64,000 nt of DNA from Mobula hypostoma (Eukaryota), in NCBI RefSeq assembly GCF_963921235.1, contig NC_086097.1, forward strand, positions 9,052,001 to 9,116,000. The letters are read 5' to 3'. Position numbers and translations under genes: made by a program. Numbering within the stretch: position 1 is the first letter of the stretch; each line of letters begins with the position of its first letter. Positions 53,953 to 64,000 of this stretch are shown here, in pieces. The notes under the pieces were generated by a model. It was not told the DNA's origin, did not search any database, and worked only from the letters and a program-made list of their open reading frames with translations.

Positions 53953-54147
53953 TGTTGTGCATTTAATATTTAAGTAATGTTTGAGTAATCTTGTATATGT
54001 ATGTGTTGATGAAGCATTCTTGTTCATTTAAATAACTTATTATGGGTTTTAGGCATAAGTACGATAAACTCGAAATTAGACCCACATTTTGGACTCTTGT
54101 GTCTTGCTTTTAGTTAGTCTAATGTTTTGAAATTACAAAACATAACA
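53953..54147 (+). mobile_element. Short solo LTR in a CR1 3'UTR remnant
   Basis: TGTTG...TAACA termini; homologous to 28476-28719. Confidence 0.65.
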
Positions 54148-55109
54148 TACTTGTCCAACAGTTTTTTGTAAGTTGTTATTGTACTTCCTCAACCACTTCC
54201 TTCGGCAGATGAATTCACATAGATACTCCCCTTTGTGTAGTAAAATAAAATTGCTCCTCAAGCTTCTATTAAAACTTTACCCTCTTACCTTAAACCTATG
54301 CCCTCAAGTTTTTGATTTCCCAGCTCTGAGAAGACCGAGTGTATTCCCCTATTTGTGCCCCTCACGATTTTGTACACCTCTATGAAAAAACTTTACAGTC
54401 TCATATGCTCTAAGGAATGAAGTCCTAGTTTGTTCAGCCTCTCCCTATAACTCAGATCCTGGCGGGGCAACATCCCTGTAATTGTTTTGCATATATTTTA
54501 ACTTAGAGAAGATCTTTGACAATATGCCACACAGGAGATTATTAAATAAATACGTTACTGGTTGGTTGTAGACTGTGATGCATGGAATATTGTAGGGATC
54601 AGTGCTGGAACCCTGCAATATCAATGAATTGAACGTGAGAGTCAAAAGTAATCATTTCAAGTGTGCCAATAGTATTAAACTTGGGGATGAGTAGGGACAT
54701 TAGAAAGGACACAGAGGGGCTTCACGAGGAAATAGGTTAAGGGAAAGAGCAAAGCTGTACACCTGTAACATAATGTGCAAAACTGTGAGGTCACCCATTT
54801 AGAACGTAGAAAAGAAGGAATTTCTTTATCTAGAGAATGGTGAATCTGTGGAATTCATAGCCACAGGCAGCTGTGGAGGCCAAGTCAATGGCTATATTTA
54901 AGGCAGAGTTTGATAGATTCTTAATTAGTCAGAGCATGAAGGCATACAGGTAGAAGGCAGAAATGGATCAGTTATGATGAAATGACAGAGCAGACTCGAT
55001 GGGCTAAATAACCTAATTCTGCTCCTATACATACCTTATGGTCTTAAGGCCTTACAGTGTTTTATGGTGACCAATCAAAATAGTTAGTGTTAAGAGGTGG
55101 ACTTCCAAC

Positions 55110-55320
55110 AGATTGTAGATGCTGGAATCTTGACCAAAATAAAAACCATGGAAGAACTGAATGGGTCAAGCTGTATCTGTGGATGGAAAGAATTGTTGAT
55201 GTTTTTGGATGAAACCCAGCAGCAGGATTGAATGCAGTGTTTTGACCTGAAAAAATCAATAATCCCTTTCCTCCTGTAGATGATGCTCAACTCACTGAGT
55301 TCCTCCAGCAGATTGTTAAT
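55110..55320. mobile_element. Highly decayed palindromic Penelope-derived element
   Basis: AGATGCTGGAATC..GAACTGA left arm; CTGAGTTCCTCCAGCA right arm. Confidence 0.55.
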
Positions 55321-55384
55321 TGCCAGAGTTAAGATGTCATAGATCTTGATATACATGCATTACTTCAAGAATTCATTTGGCATT

Positions 55385-56200
55385 CAAGGTTGTTCAAAGT
55401 CATTTCCAGTACACAGTGTAAAGGAGAACAAAATAATTGTTACTCTAGATCTGATGTTGCACAGAAAAACACAGTAAAATAAAGAACACAATAATAATTA
55501 AAATAATAAATATATATATATATATATATAACATAACTTATATACATAGGTTGAATGTAAGTTTATAAAGTACTTAAAGTAACTGACAGGAATGATAAAG
55601 TTGGGATGGGTTAGTCGATGGAGGCGTTGATCAGCCTTACTGCTTGGGGAAAGTAACTGGATTTGAGTCTGCTGGTCCTGGTGTGGATGTGATGTTATGG
55701 AGCAACCACCTGATGAGAGTGGTATGAACAGTCCATGAGCAGGGTGGGTGGGATCCTTCATGATGTTACTGGCTGTTTTGGGGCATCTTTCTCTATCTAT
55801 GTCCTTGATGACAGGTAGGCTAGTGTTGGTGATGCACTGGACAGTTCTGACTAGAGTTGTAGAGTTCCTGTCTGCCACAGTACAGTTTCTATACACAAAA
55901 TAAACTGCAGATGCTGGGGTCAATATACTATGCAATGATGCAGCATGTTAGGATGCTCTCTGCTGCGCATCTGTTGAAAGACATTAGCATAGATGTGCAT
56001 AGTCCAGCTCTCTTCAGCTTCCTCAGAAAGTAAAGGCATTGGTAAGCTTTCCTGATTGTGTAGAATGTGTTCTGGGACCATGAGAGGTTGTGTGAGATGT
56101 GCACTCCCAGGAGTTTGAAACTGCTTGCAGTTTTCCCTGCTCTGCCGATGATGCAAAGGGGGGTATGAATGGTGTGAGTTCTCCTGTATTTGGTAACTAC
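55385..56200 (-). mobile_element. Rex1/Babar-type LINE 3' part
   Basis: FKLLGVHIS.NLSWS, QCLYFLRKLKRAGL, KDPTHPAHGLF. Confidence 0.85.
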
Positions 56201-57051
56201 TTCTGTAACAGCAAAACAATCCAAAATCAAACCAAAACAATTGCCACTAGCCTGCGATCCTCCAGAGTCCCAATACTAGGGTGATGTGCCCTCAGCTCCA
56301 CTGAAATGTTTGTTCCAAAGAGTCAAATTCCTTATTTTGATCCTTTATTAGCAATTAGCGAACATACAGTGAAGCATTATTGAGCTTAGTTCTCAGCAGT
56401 CAGCAAAAATATGATCTCCGCAGGTCCCAGGTTGCAATCACAAAATAAGCAAGATTACCTAACTTATTCCCTTCACTTTTACCACCCCCCCCCATTCATG
56501 AGACTATTTACCATAAGAAACATAATAAACCCCAAAACACTTAACACAAAGCAGATGGAGAACAGATACATGGCCCTTATAGTCTCCCTTGCTTTGTTGA
56601 CATTGAGGAAAACGTTATTCACCTGGCACTATGTCTTGAGCAATGTGGCAAGCAATCAGGAAGGTAAATGAGATGCTGGACTTTACTGTTTAAGTATAAA
56701 GTGGCGATATGCATCGGGACAATAATGCAGGACACTGGTGATATCACATCTGGGATATGGTGAGTATGTCTGGTCACCCTATGTAAAGAAGGATATATTG
56801 CAATTGATAAAGTGTACTGACTGTCCACTCGATCAATTACTAGGTTGGAGGTGTTTGTTGTATGAGGAGAGATTACGTAATCTCGGCCTATGGTCTCTTG
56901 AGTTTAGATTAAAAATAAGTGGTCTCATTGAAACATGCAAATTCTGATAGGGCTTGGAGGGTAGATGAGTCACAGATGGTTATGCTGCCTGAAACAAAGG
57001 ATCATAGTCTCAATGTAAGAGTTTAGCCACTCAAGACAAAGATGAACAAAT

Positions 57052-57187
57052 GTACTGATGAAGGGTCTCAGCCCGAAATGTTGATTGTTTATTCATTTCC
57101 AAAGATGCTGCCTAACTTGCTGAGTTCTTCCAGCATTTTGTGTGTGTTGCTCTGGATTTCCAGTATCTGCAGAATCTCTTGTATTTT
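57052..57187 (+). mobile_element. 136-bp Penelope pLTR insertion starting at the hammerhead core; 9-bp TSD
   Basis: TGAACAAAT at 57043-57051 and 57188-57196; CTGATGA-AGGGTCTCAGCCC-GAAA-TGTT at 57055-57082. Confidence 0.8.
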
Positions 57188-58681
57188 TGAACAAATATTC
57201 CTTCTGTCTTTGGAACTCACTGCAGAAGAGGGCTGCTTTAGCTCAAAGTTCAAAGTTCAAAATACATTTATTATCAAAGTATGTACAGTTTACATTATAC
57301 AACCTTGAGATTCGTCTCTGTATTAGCAGTCACAAAACAAAGAAACCCATGAGAACCCATAAAAAAGAAGGCCAACCAACACTCCAAAGTGCAGAGAAAA
57401 GAAAAGAAGTCCACAAAGAAAGTCGAAGGCCCATAGTTTAGCACAGAGCCGAGCAACAATTGCGGAACAGTGAGCAGAACTGGCTCCTTCCTCAGTGGGG
57501 CCCTGGCATCCTGATCTTTCCAGTCTGGCCCAGCATTTATATCTTTGTCCAAACATTAAATTCAATTGCTTTGGCATGCTCTGTGGCCTGCACCCCACCG
57601 CCTCGATTCAGCCTGAACCTGACCTTTCCGTTTCAGCTTGGCACTTAAATCGTTGTCTAAACATTGGATTCACAGTGTGTATTGAAGAGTTAGATCTATA
57701 TATATATAAATTTTAATGGATTGGGTGTGAGTGTGGGAAACTAGCAGAGAGATAAAAGATCAGACAGAACGGGCCTGAGAGACTGACGAGCCTGCTCCCA
57801 TTTAGAATTTCTGATGCAATCTACATCTTATGCAATATAATGTTACAATGCAAAAAGACTTGACTGAGTAGTGCACTTACGGGCCTTATAGCATATTAAA
57901 GATTCTGTGTTGAATTATTGAATTTCTATCCCATAAAGATCCACGTCCAAAGCATTATGTAACTGAGAATGTATATCTTTCCTTTCCCTTACAAATGTCA
58001 AGAATCAGAGGTCCCATGGTTTGGCCGGTGAAGTAATTAATTTTCATGTAATTATTACTTCACCTTTAATGATGGCAGCTTGAACAAAGGTAATTAATTG
58101 AACAACTAATTATTATTTTCTGCTAGATTTGGCTTGCTCTAATGGAAGAACATTCACAGCAGGTCAACATTCAGCCTCCTAATCCATCCAAAATGTCAAA
58201 CAGAATCAGCTTTCGTTTACTTGCTGCTCATAAAAGTAAATGCATTTGTTGAGATGATGGCATCTCATTTGAATTTTATGTTCAGCTGTTTGCTCACACA
58301 AGAGCTACCACTTAAGTATTGGATCAACCATGATCTAGTTAAATGTTAGGATAAGCTCAAGAGGTTGAATGAACTATTTCTGTCCCTTTGTACTTTAAGT
58401 TTAAGGTATGGGTTGAGATTCAGCCCAGTTTATCCCATGTTTATAAAGCATCCCAGTGGCTTATTTTGTTTATTTCTGCATTAAGGCAGCTGGAGTATTA
58501 AAATTGTACAATTAACTCCATCATCTCAAGCCAAGATATGGGAAATAAACGAGGTAGAATTCCTGATGCAGATCACTGTGTTTGAGAAGGATTAGGGTAA
58601 TAACTTGGCTGATGGCATAGTGAGCCTTACTGATGTCTAAAACATAGAGGGAAGTTTAGAAGAGTTTCCCAGGTGCCTCAC

Positions 58682-58791
58682 TCTTCATCATCAGAATGAA
58701 TTCCAAAGCACTCCTGATTTTCTGATAAGCTATCTGCCCTATATGTGGCCTCGACCGAGTGGAAAGCTTTGTGAAGCTCCATATTCACTGT
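58682..58791 (-). CDS. Candidate 110-nt host exon (product unknown)
   Basis: Acceptor ctgatttttttccag|, donor GA|gtgagg; single open frame TVNMELHKAFHSVEATYRADSLSENQECFGIHSDDE. Confidence 0.3.
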
Positions 58792-58805
58792 CTGGAAAAA
58801 AATCA

Positions 58806-58819
58806 GTTGCCATGGCAAC
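58806..58819. promoter_or_regulatory. Perfect RFX X-box palindrome
   Basis: GTTGCCATGGCAAC in repeat-poor DNA. Confidence 0.6.
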
Positions 58820-59439
58820 GATCCAAATGCAGTTGGAACAAACTACTGCAGAAGAACATGAAAGTAAATCGGAGAGTGAGGAAAGGTGAAATTTCCTGTT
58901 TTGAGATTTTATATTGACATTCTAGAAAAAAAAATTTAAAGTTTTCATTTTTATGACCAAGGAATCCTCCTGCCTTTTCCTTCTTCTCTGAGTTAAACAT
59001 TGCTTGTCGATTTATTAATAGAGCCTTCTAACCTTTTGCAACCAATGGTGTCATTGGTGTACCATCTTGCAATTACATTCCAGTTAAAACAACAAAAAAC
59101 ATATTCTTTCAAATGCATTTGTCATATTTATGATTATAACTGAGTATCTTTTCAGAAATATTCTATGACCTCCAGTTGAAAGAACACATATAATCGCCGT
59201 TGTCCCAGGAGGTTATGAAATGCTCATTTGCTCATTACATGCTATGCCTTATGACATGGCAATCATGGTCTTTCCATGACCATAATTATTCTCGGCAAAT
59301 TTTTCTACAGAGGTTCTTTGTCATTGTTTTCATCCAGGTGGTGTCTTTACAATACAGGTGACTTCAGCCATTATCTATATGCTTCAGAGGTTGTCTACCA
59401 GGCAACAGTAGTCGCTTAACCAGGACCTCAATGTACATA

Positions 59440-60165
59440 ATTCAACAGGACCAGATGAACTGCACCCTAGGGGTCAATTGTTAAGGATAAAGTTATGGAG
59501 TACTTGGTGACACAGACAAGATAGGACAAAGTCAGCATGGTTTCCTTAAGGGAAAATATTGTCTGAATTATTGTTCGGAAAATATTGTTGGAATTCTTTG
59601 AGGAGATCACAAGTAGGATATATAAAGGGGATATAGTGGATGTTTTATATCTGGACTTTCAGAAGGCCTTTGACAAGGTGCCACACATGAGGCTGCTGAC
59701 CAAGTTAAGAACCCATAGCATTATAGGAAAGTTACTAACAAGGTTAGAGCATTGGCTGATTGGTAGGAGGCAGCAAATGGGAATAAAAGGATTCTTTTCT
59801 GGTTGGCTGCCAGTGACTATTGGTGTTCTGCAGGGGTGGGTGTCCAGACCGCTTCTTTTTGCGCTGTATATCAATGCTTTAGATGATGGAATAGATAACT
59901 TTGTTGCAGATGATTACAAAGTTTGCAGATGATACAAAGATTGGTGGAGGGGAAGGGAGTGTTGAGAATACAGGTAGGATGCAGAAGGACTTAGACAGAT
60001 TAGGACAATGGGCAAGGAAGTGGTAAATGAAGTACAATGTTGGAAAATGCATGGTCATGCACTTTGGTAGTAGAAATAAATGTGCAGACTACTTTCTAAA
60101 TGGGGAGAAAATCCAAAAATCTGAGATTGAAAGGGACTTGGGAGTCCTTCTGCAGAGCACCCTGA
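59440..60165 (+). mobile_element. CR1 RT fragment
   Basis: LEFFEEITSR..YLDFQKAFDKVPH; KYNVGKCMVMHFG. Confidence 0.9.
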
Positions 60166-60167
60166 AG

Positions 60168-62815
60168 ATTTTTTTCTTCAGCAGTTCGAACGAGGCACAA
60201 CTGAGCAGGTGTGTGGACGTCAGTGAGTTAGACCAGTGGCAAGAATTTAAAAGGAGATAATTTTTTCTTCAGCAGTTTGATTGAGGCACAACTGACAAGG
60301 ATGTCAGCGAGTTAGACCAGCGGGAAGAATTTTAAAAGAAGACAGTTTTATAGAGCGGGCACTGGAGTAGAGGGAGTCAGACCAGGAATGCTTTGGCTCA
60401 ATGGCGCTTTGGCGATAACGCTTCAAGGCAAAGTTATTTACTTGTGAGGAATAGTGTTGCAAGGACAAGGCTGAGGATGAACCCAAGTGCAGGACACAAG
60501 CACGGAGGCAGAGTCATGAGGCATTAACACTGCCGCAAACGGGGAACTGGTATCCAGGAGAGTCTTTACATGGAGACAAGATTTATGTAGAGTATCCAGG
60601 AAATGATGCAGAGCTTAGAACTGACAGTCCCAAGGAATCAGGAAACAAGGTTTATTCACACTAGAGTCAACCAACAAACTGGCAAAGCCTGGTTGTGCTG
60701 CCCGAGTTTTATCCAATGTTCGCTAATGGGAACCAGGTGTGCTGTAATTAGTGGAACTGGGAATGATTAGAAATCAGACAAAGGGATTAAGGCCCAATTA
60801 AGGAGGTAATAGCAAGATGGGGAATTGCTAGACAGGACCATGACAAATATGAATAGGAAGTATGTCTGTGAGGCTGGTATTCTGTATTGGGCGTTGGATG
60901 TGGGATGTCTGGGAGACTCCCAGCCTCCTGGACGGCCACGTCTGCGCCACATGCATCAAGCTGCAGCTCCTCAACGACAAGGTTAGGGAACTTGAGATGC
61001 AGCTCGATGATATTTGTCTGGTCAGGGAAAGTGAGGAGGTGATGGACAGGAACCATAGGCAAGTAGTCGCACCAGGGCCTCAGGAGACAGATAAGTGGGT
61101 AACTGTCAGGAGAGGGAAGGGCAAGAGTCAGATACCAGAAGGTACACCTGTGGCTGTCCCCCTTAACAATAAGTACTCCTGCTTGAGTACTGTTGGGGGG
61201 ACAGCCTACCTGGGGGAAACAACAGCGGCCTCGCCTCTGGCACAGAGTCTGGCCCTGTGGCTCAGAAGGGTAGGGAAAGGAAGAAGGCAGCAGCAATAGA
61301 GGACTCTATAGTTAGGGGGTTAGACAGGCGATTTTGTGGATGCAAGAAAGAAACACAGATGGTAGTTTGCATTCCAGGTGCCAGGATCCGGGATGTTTCT
61401 GATCACATCCACGATAACCTGAAGTGGGAAGGTGAACAGCCAGACGTCATGTACATATTGCTACCAACGATATAGGTTGCAAAAGGAAGGAGGAAGGAAG
61501 TTGAGAAGCAGGACTACAGGGAGTTAGGAAGGAAGTTGAGAAGCAGGGCCTCAAAGGTAGCAATCTCCAGATTACTGCCTGTTTCACATGGCAGTGAGTA
61601 TACGAGTAGAGTGAGGTGGAGAACAAATGCTGATTCAGATTTCTCGATCATTCGGACTTCTTTTGGGGCAGGTGTGACCTGTACAATAAGGATGGGTTGC
61701 ACTTGAATCTGAAGGGGACCAATATCCTGGCAGGGAAGTTTGCTAAGGCTATTGGGGAGAATTTAAACTAGAATTGCTGAGTGGTGGGAACTCAACTGAA
61801 GGGACGGAGGAAGGGGCTGTTGGCTCACAAATAGGAAAAGCTTGTACACAGTGTGAGAGGGAAGATAGGCAGGTAATGGATTGAGATATGTCTATTTTAA
61901 TGCAAGCAGTATCATGAACGAAGCAGATGAGCTTAGAGTGTGGATCAGTACTTGGAGCTATGATGTTGAGGCCATTACAGAGACTTGGGTGGCTCAGGGG
62001 CAGTGATAGCTATGTGGAGTGCCAAGCTTTAGATGTTTCAGAAAGGACAGGGAGGGAAGCAAAAGAGGTGGGGGCATGGCACTGCTGATCAGTGATAGTG
62101 TCACAGCTGCAGAAAAGGTGGACGCCATGGAGGGATTATCTACTGAGTCTCTGTGGGTGGAGGTTAAGAACAAGAAAGGGTCAATAAATCTACTGGGTGT
62201 TTTTTATAGACCACCCAATAATAACAGGGACGTAGAGGAGCAGATAGGGAGACAGATTCTGGAACGGTGCAACAATAACAGGGTTGTCATGATGGAAGAT
62301 TTTAATTTCCCCAAAATTGATTGGCATCTCTCTAAAGCAAGGGGTTTATATGGGGTGGAGTTTGTTAGGTGTGTTCAGGAGGTTTTCTGACTAAATATGT
62401 AGATAAGCTGACAAGAGGAGAGGCTGTACTTGATCTGGTATTGGGAAATGAACCTGGTCAGGTGTCAGGTCTCTCAGTGGGAGAGCATTTTTGGAGATAA
62501 TGATCACATTTCTATCTCCTTTACCATAGCATTGGAGAGGAATAGGAGTAGACAAATCAGGAAAACATTTAATTAGAGTAAGGGGAAATATGAAGCTATC
62601 AGGCAGGAACTTGGAAGCATACATTGTGAGCAGATGTTCTCAGGGAGAGGTATGGCAGAGGCAGGGAAAGAATGGTAGGGTAAAGGAACCATGGCGTACA
62701 AAAGCATTGGAAACTCTAGTCAAGAAGAAAAGAAAAGCTTATGAAAGGTTCAAAAAAGTAGGTAATGATAGAGATCTAGAAAATTATAAGGCCAGCAGGA
62801 AGGAGCTTAAGAATG
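60168..62815 (+). mobile_element. 5' part of a CR1 LINE (5'UTR repeats, ORF1, APE)
   Basis: ORF1 VFC..WMW..HVCATC plus heptad leucines; EDSIVR/IPGARI esterase; APE YRPPN and DFNFP. Confidence 0.92.
60455..60845 (-). mobile_element. Gypsy-type solo LTR (391 bp) in the CR1 5' region
   Basis: AATAG|TGTTG...TGACA|AATAT; AATAAA on minus strand at 60651-60656; the CR1 sequence (cf. 4995-5030) resumes afterwards. Confidence 0.75.
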
Positions 62816-64000
62816 TGTAACGTTCCGTTATATTGGCCCGTATATGTCTAGGGGAAATCCCACACAGCACCTGCCTCAACACTCCCCACACTGTCGGTCG
62901 CCGCCCGAATCAAGCCCAAACATCAATCATCAGCCAGCACACCCAGTAAATTTTAACAAGTTCACTTTATAGATATTACTAATTCTATGACATTAATATA
63001 AATTTGATACAGAGAGGAAAGTAATGAAAAAAAAAGGCGCCAGACTTATCAAAGTCCAAGTACTTCGTGCACAACCGTTGGAGCTCAATCAATTCCTGTT
63101 GACCACCCGGATCCTGTCGACTCACCGCTCGGGACCACCCGGAGTGATCGACCGGAGCCTCTCCGCACGTCGGCCGTCCTCCCCGTCTCTCCACCGCCCT
63201 CCCCGTCTCTCCTCCGACTCCCCGTCAAAAACCCCCGCACGTCCACCATCCTTCTCGTCTCTCCTCCGACTCCCCATCTCTCCTCTGACTCCCCGTCTCT
63301 CCTCCAACTCCCCATCTCTCCACAGTCCTCCCCGTCTCTCCTCCGACTCCCCGTCTCTCCTCCGACTCCCCGTCTCTCCACCATCCTCCTCGTCTCTCCA
63401 CCGTCCTCCCCATCTCTTCTGAACTCCCCATCTCTCCTCCGTCTCCCCGTCTCTCCTCCGACTCCCCGCCAAAACCCCGTCCGCCGTCTTCTCCGTCTCT
63501 CCTCCGACTCCCCGTCTCTCCACCATCCTCCCCGTCTCTCCTCCGACTCCCTGTCAAAAATCCCCGCACGTCCACCATCCTTCTCGTCTCTCCTCCGACT
63601 CCCCATCTCTCCTCTGACTCCCCGTCTCTCCTCCGACTTCCCATCTCTCCACAGTCCTCCCCGTCTCTCCTCCGACTCCCCGTCTCTCCTCCGACTCCCC
63701 GTCTCTCCACCATCCTCCTCGTCTCTCCACCGTCCTCCCCATCTCTTCTGAACTCCCCATCTCTCCTCCGTCTCCCCGTCTCTCCTCCGACTCCCCGCCA
63801 AAACCCCGTCCGCCGTCTTCTCCGTCTCTCCTCCGACTCCCCGTCTCTCCACCATCCTCCCCGTCTCTCCTCCGACTCCCTGCCAAAAATCCCCGCACGT
63901 CCACCATCCTTCTCGTCTCTCCTCCGACTCCCCATCTCTCCTCTGACTCCCCGTCTCTCCTCCAACTCCCCATCTCTCCACCGTCCTCCCCATCTCTCCT
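62816..64000. mobile_element. Probable LTR-element end (TGTAAC) interrupting CR1, running off the window
   Basis: Abrupt switch from CR1 ..CTTAAGAATG to TGTAACG; CpG-rich, suggesting young age. Confidence 0.55.
63170..64000. repeat. C-rich minisatellite (19-20-bp monomers) with 329-bp higher-order period
   Basis: Monomer CCCCGTCTCTCCTCCGACT; marker CCCGCAC ends at 63240, 63569 and 63898. Confidence 0.92.

Noticed and set aside
63024..63993. Long R/G/E-rich and S/P-rich ORFs
   Set aside because: They are translations of the minisatellite; the 329-bp period is not a multiple of 3 and several frames are open at once

Overview
Eukaryotic, repeat-saturated DNA. By inference from the repeat repertoire it is a cartilaginous fish, probably a ray/batoid; it is most likely intronic or intergenic. 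Most of the window is nested transposon debris: many CR1 LINEs (APE+RT ORF2; ORF1 with zinc finger, leucine zipper and SGNH esterase), Rex1/Babar-type LINEs, RTE-derived elements, V-SINE-like SINEs, Tc1 and hAT remnants, several Gypsy-type solo LTRs with target-site duplications (TSDs), and many Penelope-like (PLE) pieces. No intact host gene or intact autonomous transposon is visible, and nearly all listed ORFs are TE fragments or their antisense shadows. The most striking signal is about a dozen minimal hammerhead-ribozyme motifs (CTGAnGA...GAAAnnTC). They sit on short, often fold-back Penelope-derived insertions with long (9-14 bp) TSDs, and several of these begin or invert exactly at the ribozyme core. 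Other notable items are a three-level Rex>Penelope>CR1 nest, a U5 motif shared by three LTRs, a 329-bp higher-order repeat, a perfect RFX X-box, CNE-like islands and two candidate minus-strand host exons. Element boundaries were set by eye and are approximate unless a TSD is quoted. Family names are from recalled consensus features, not from database searches.
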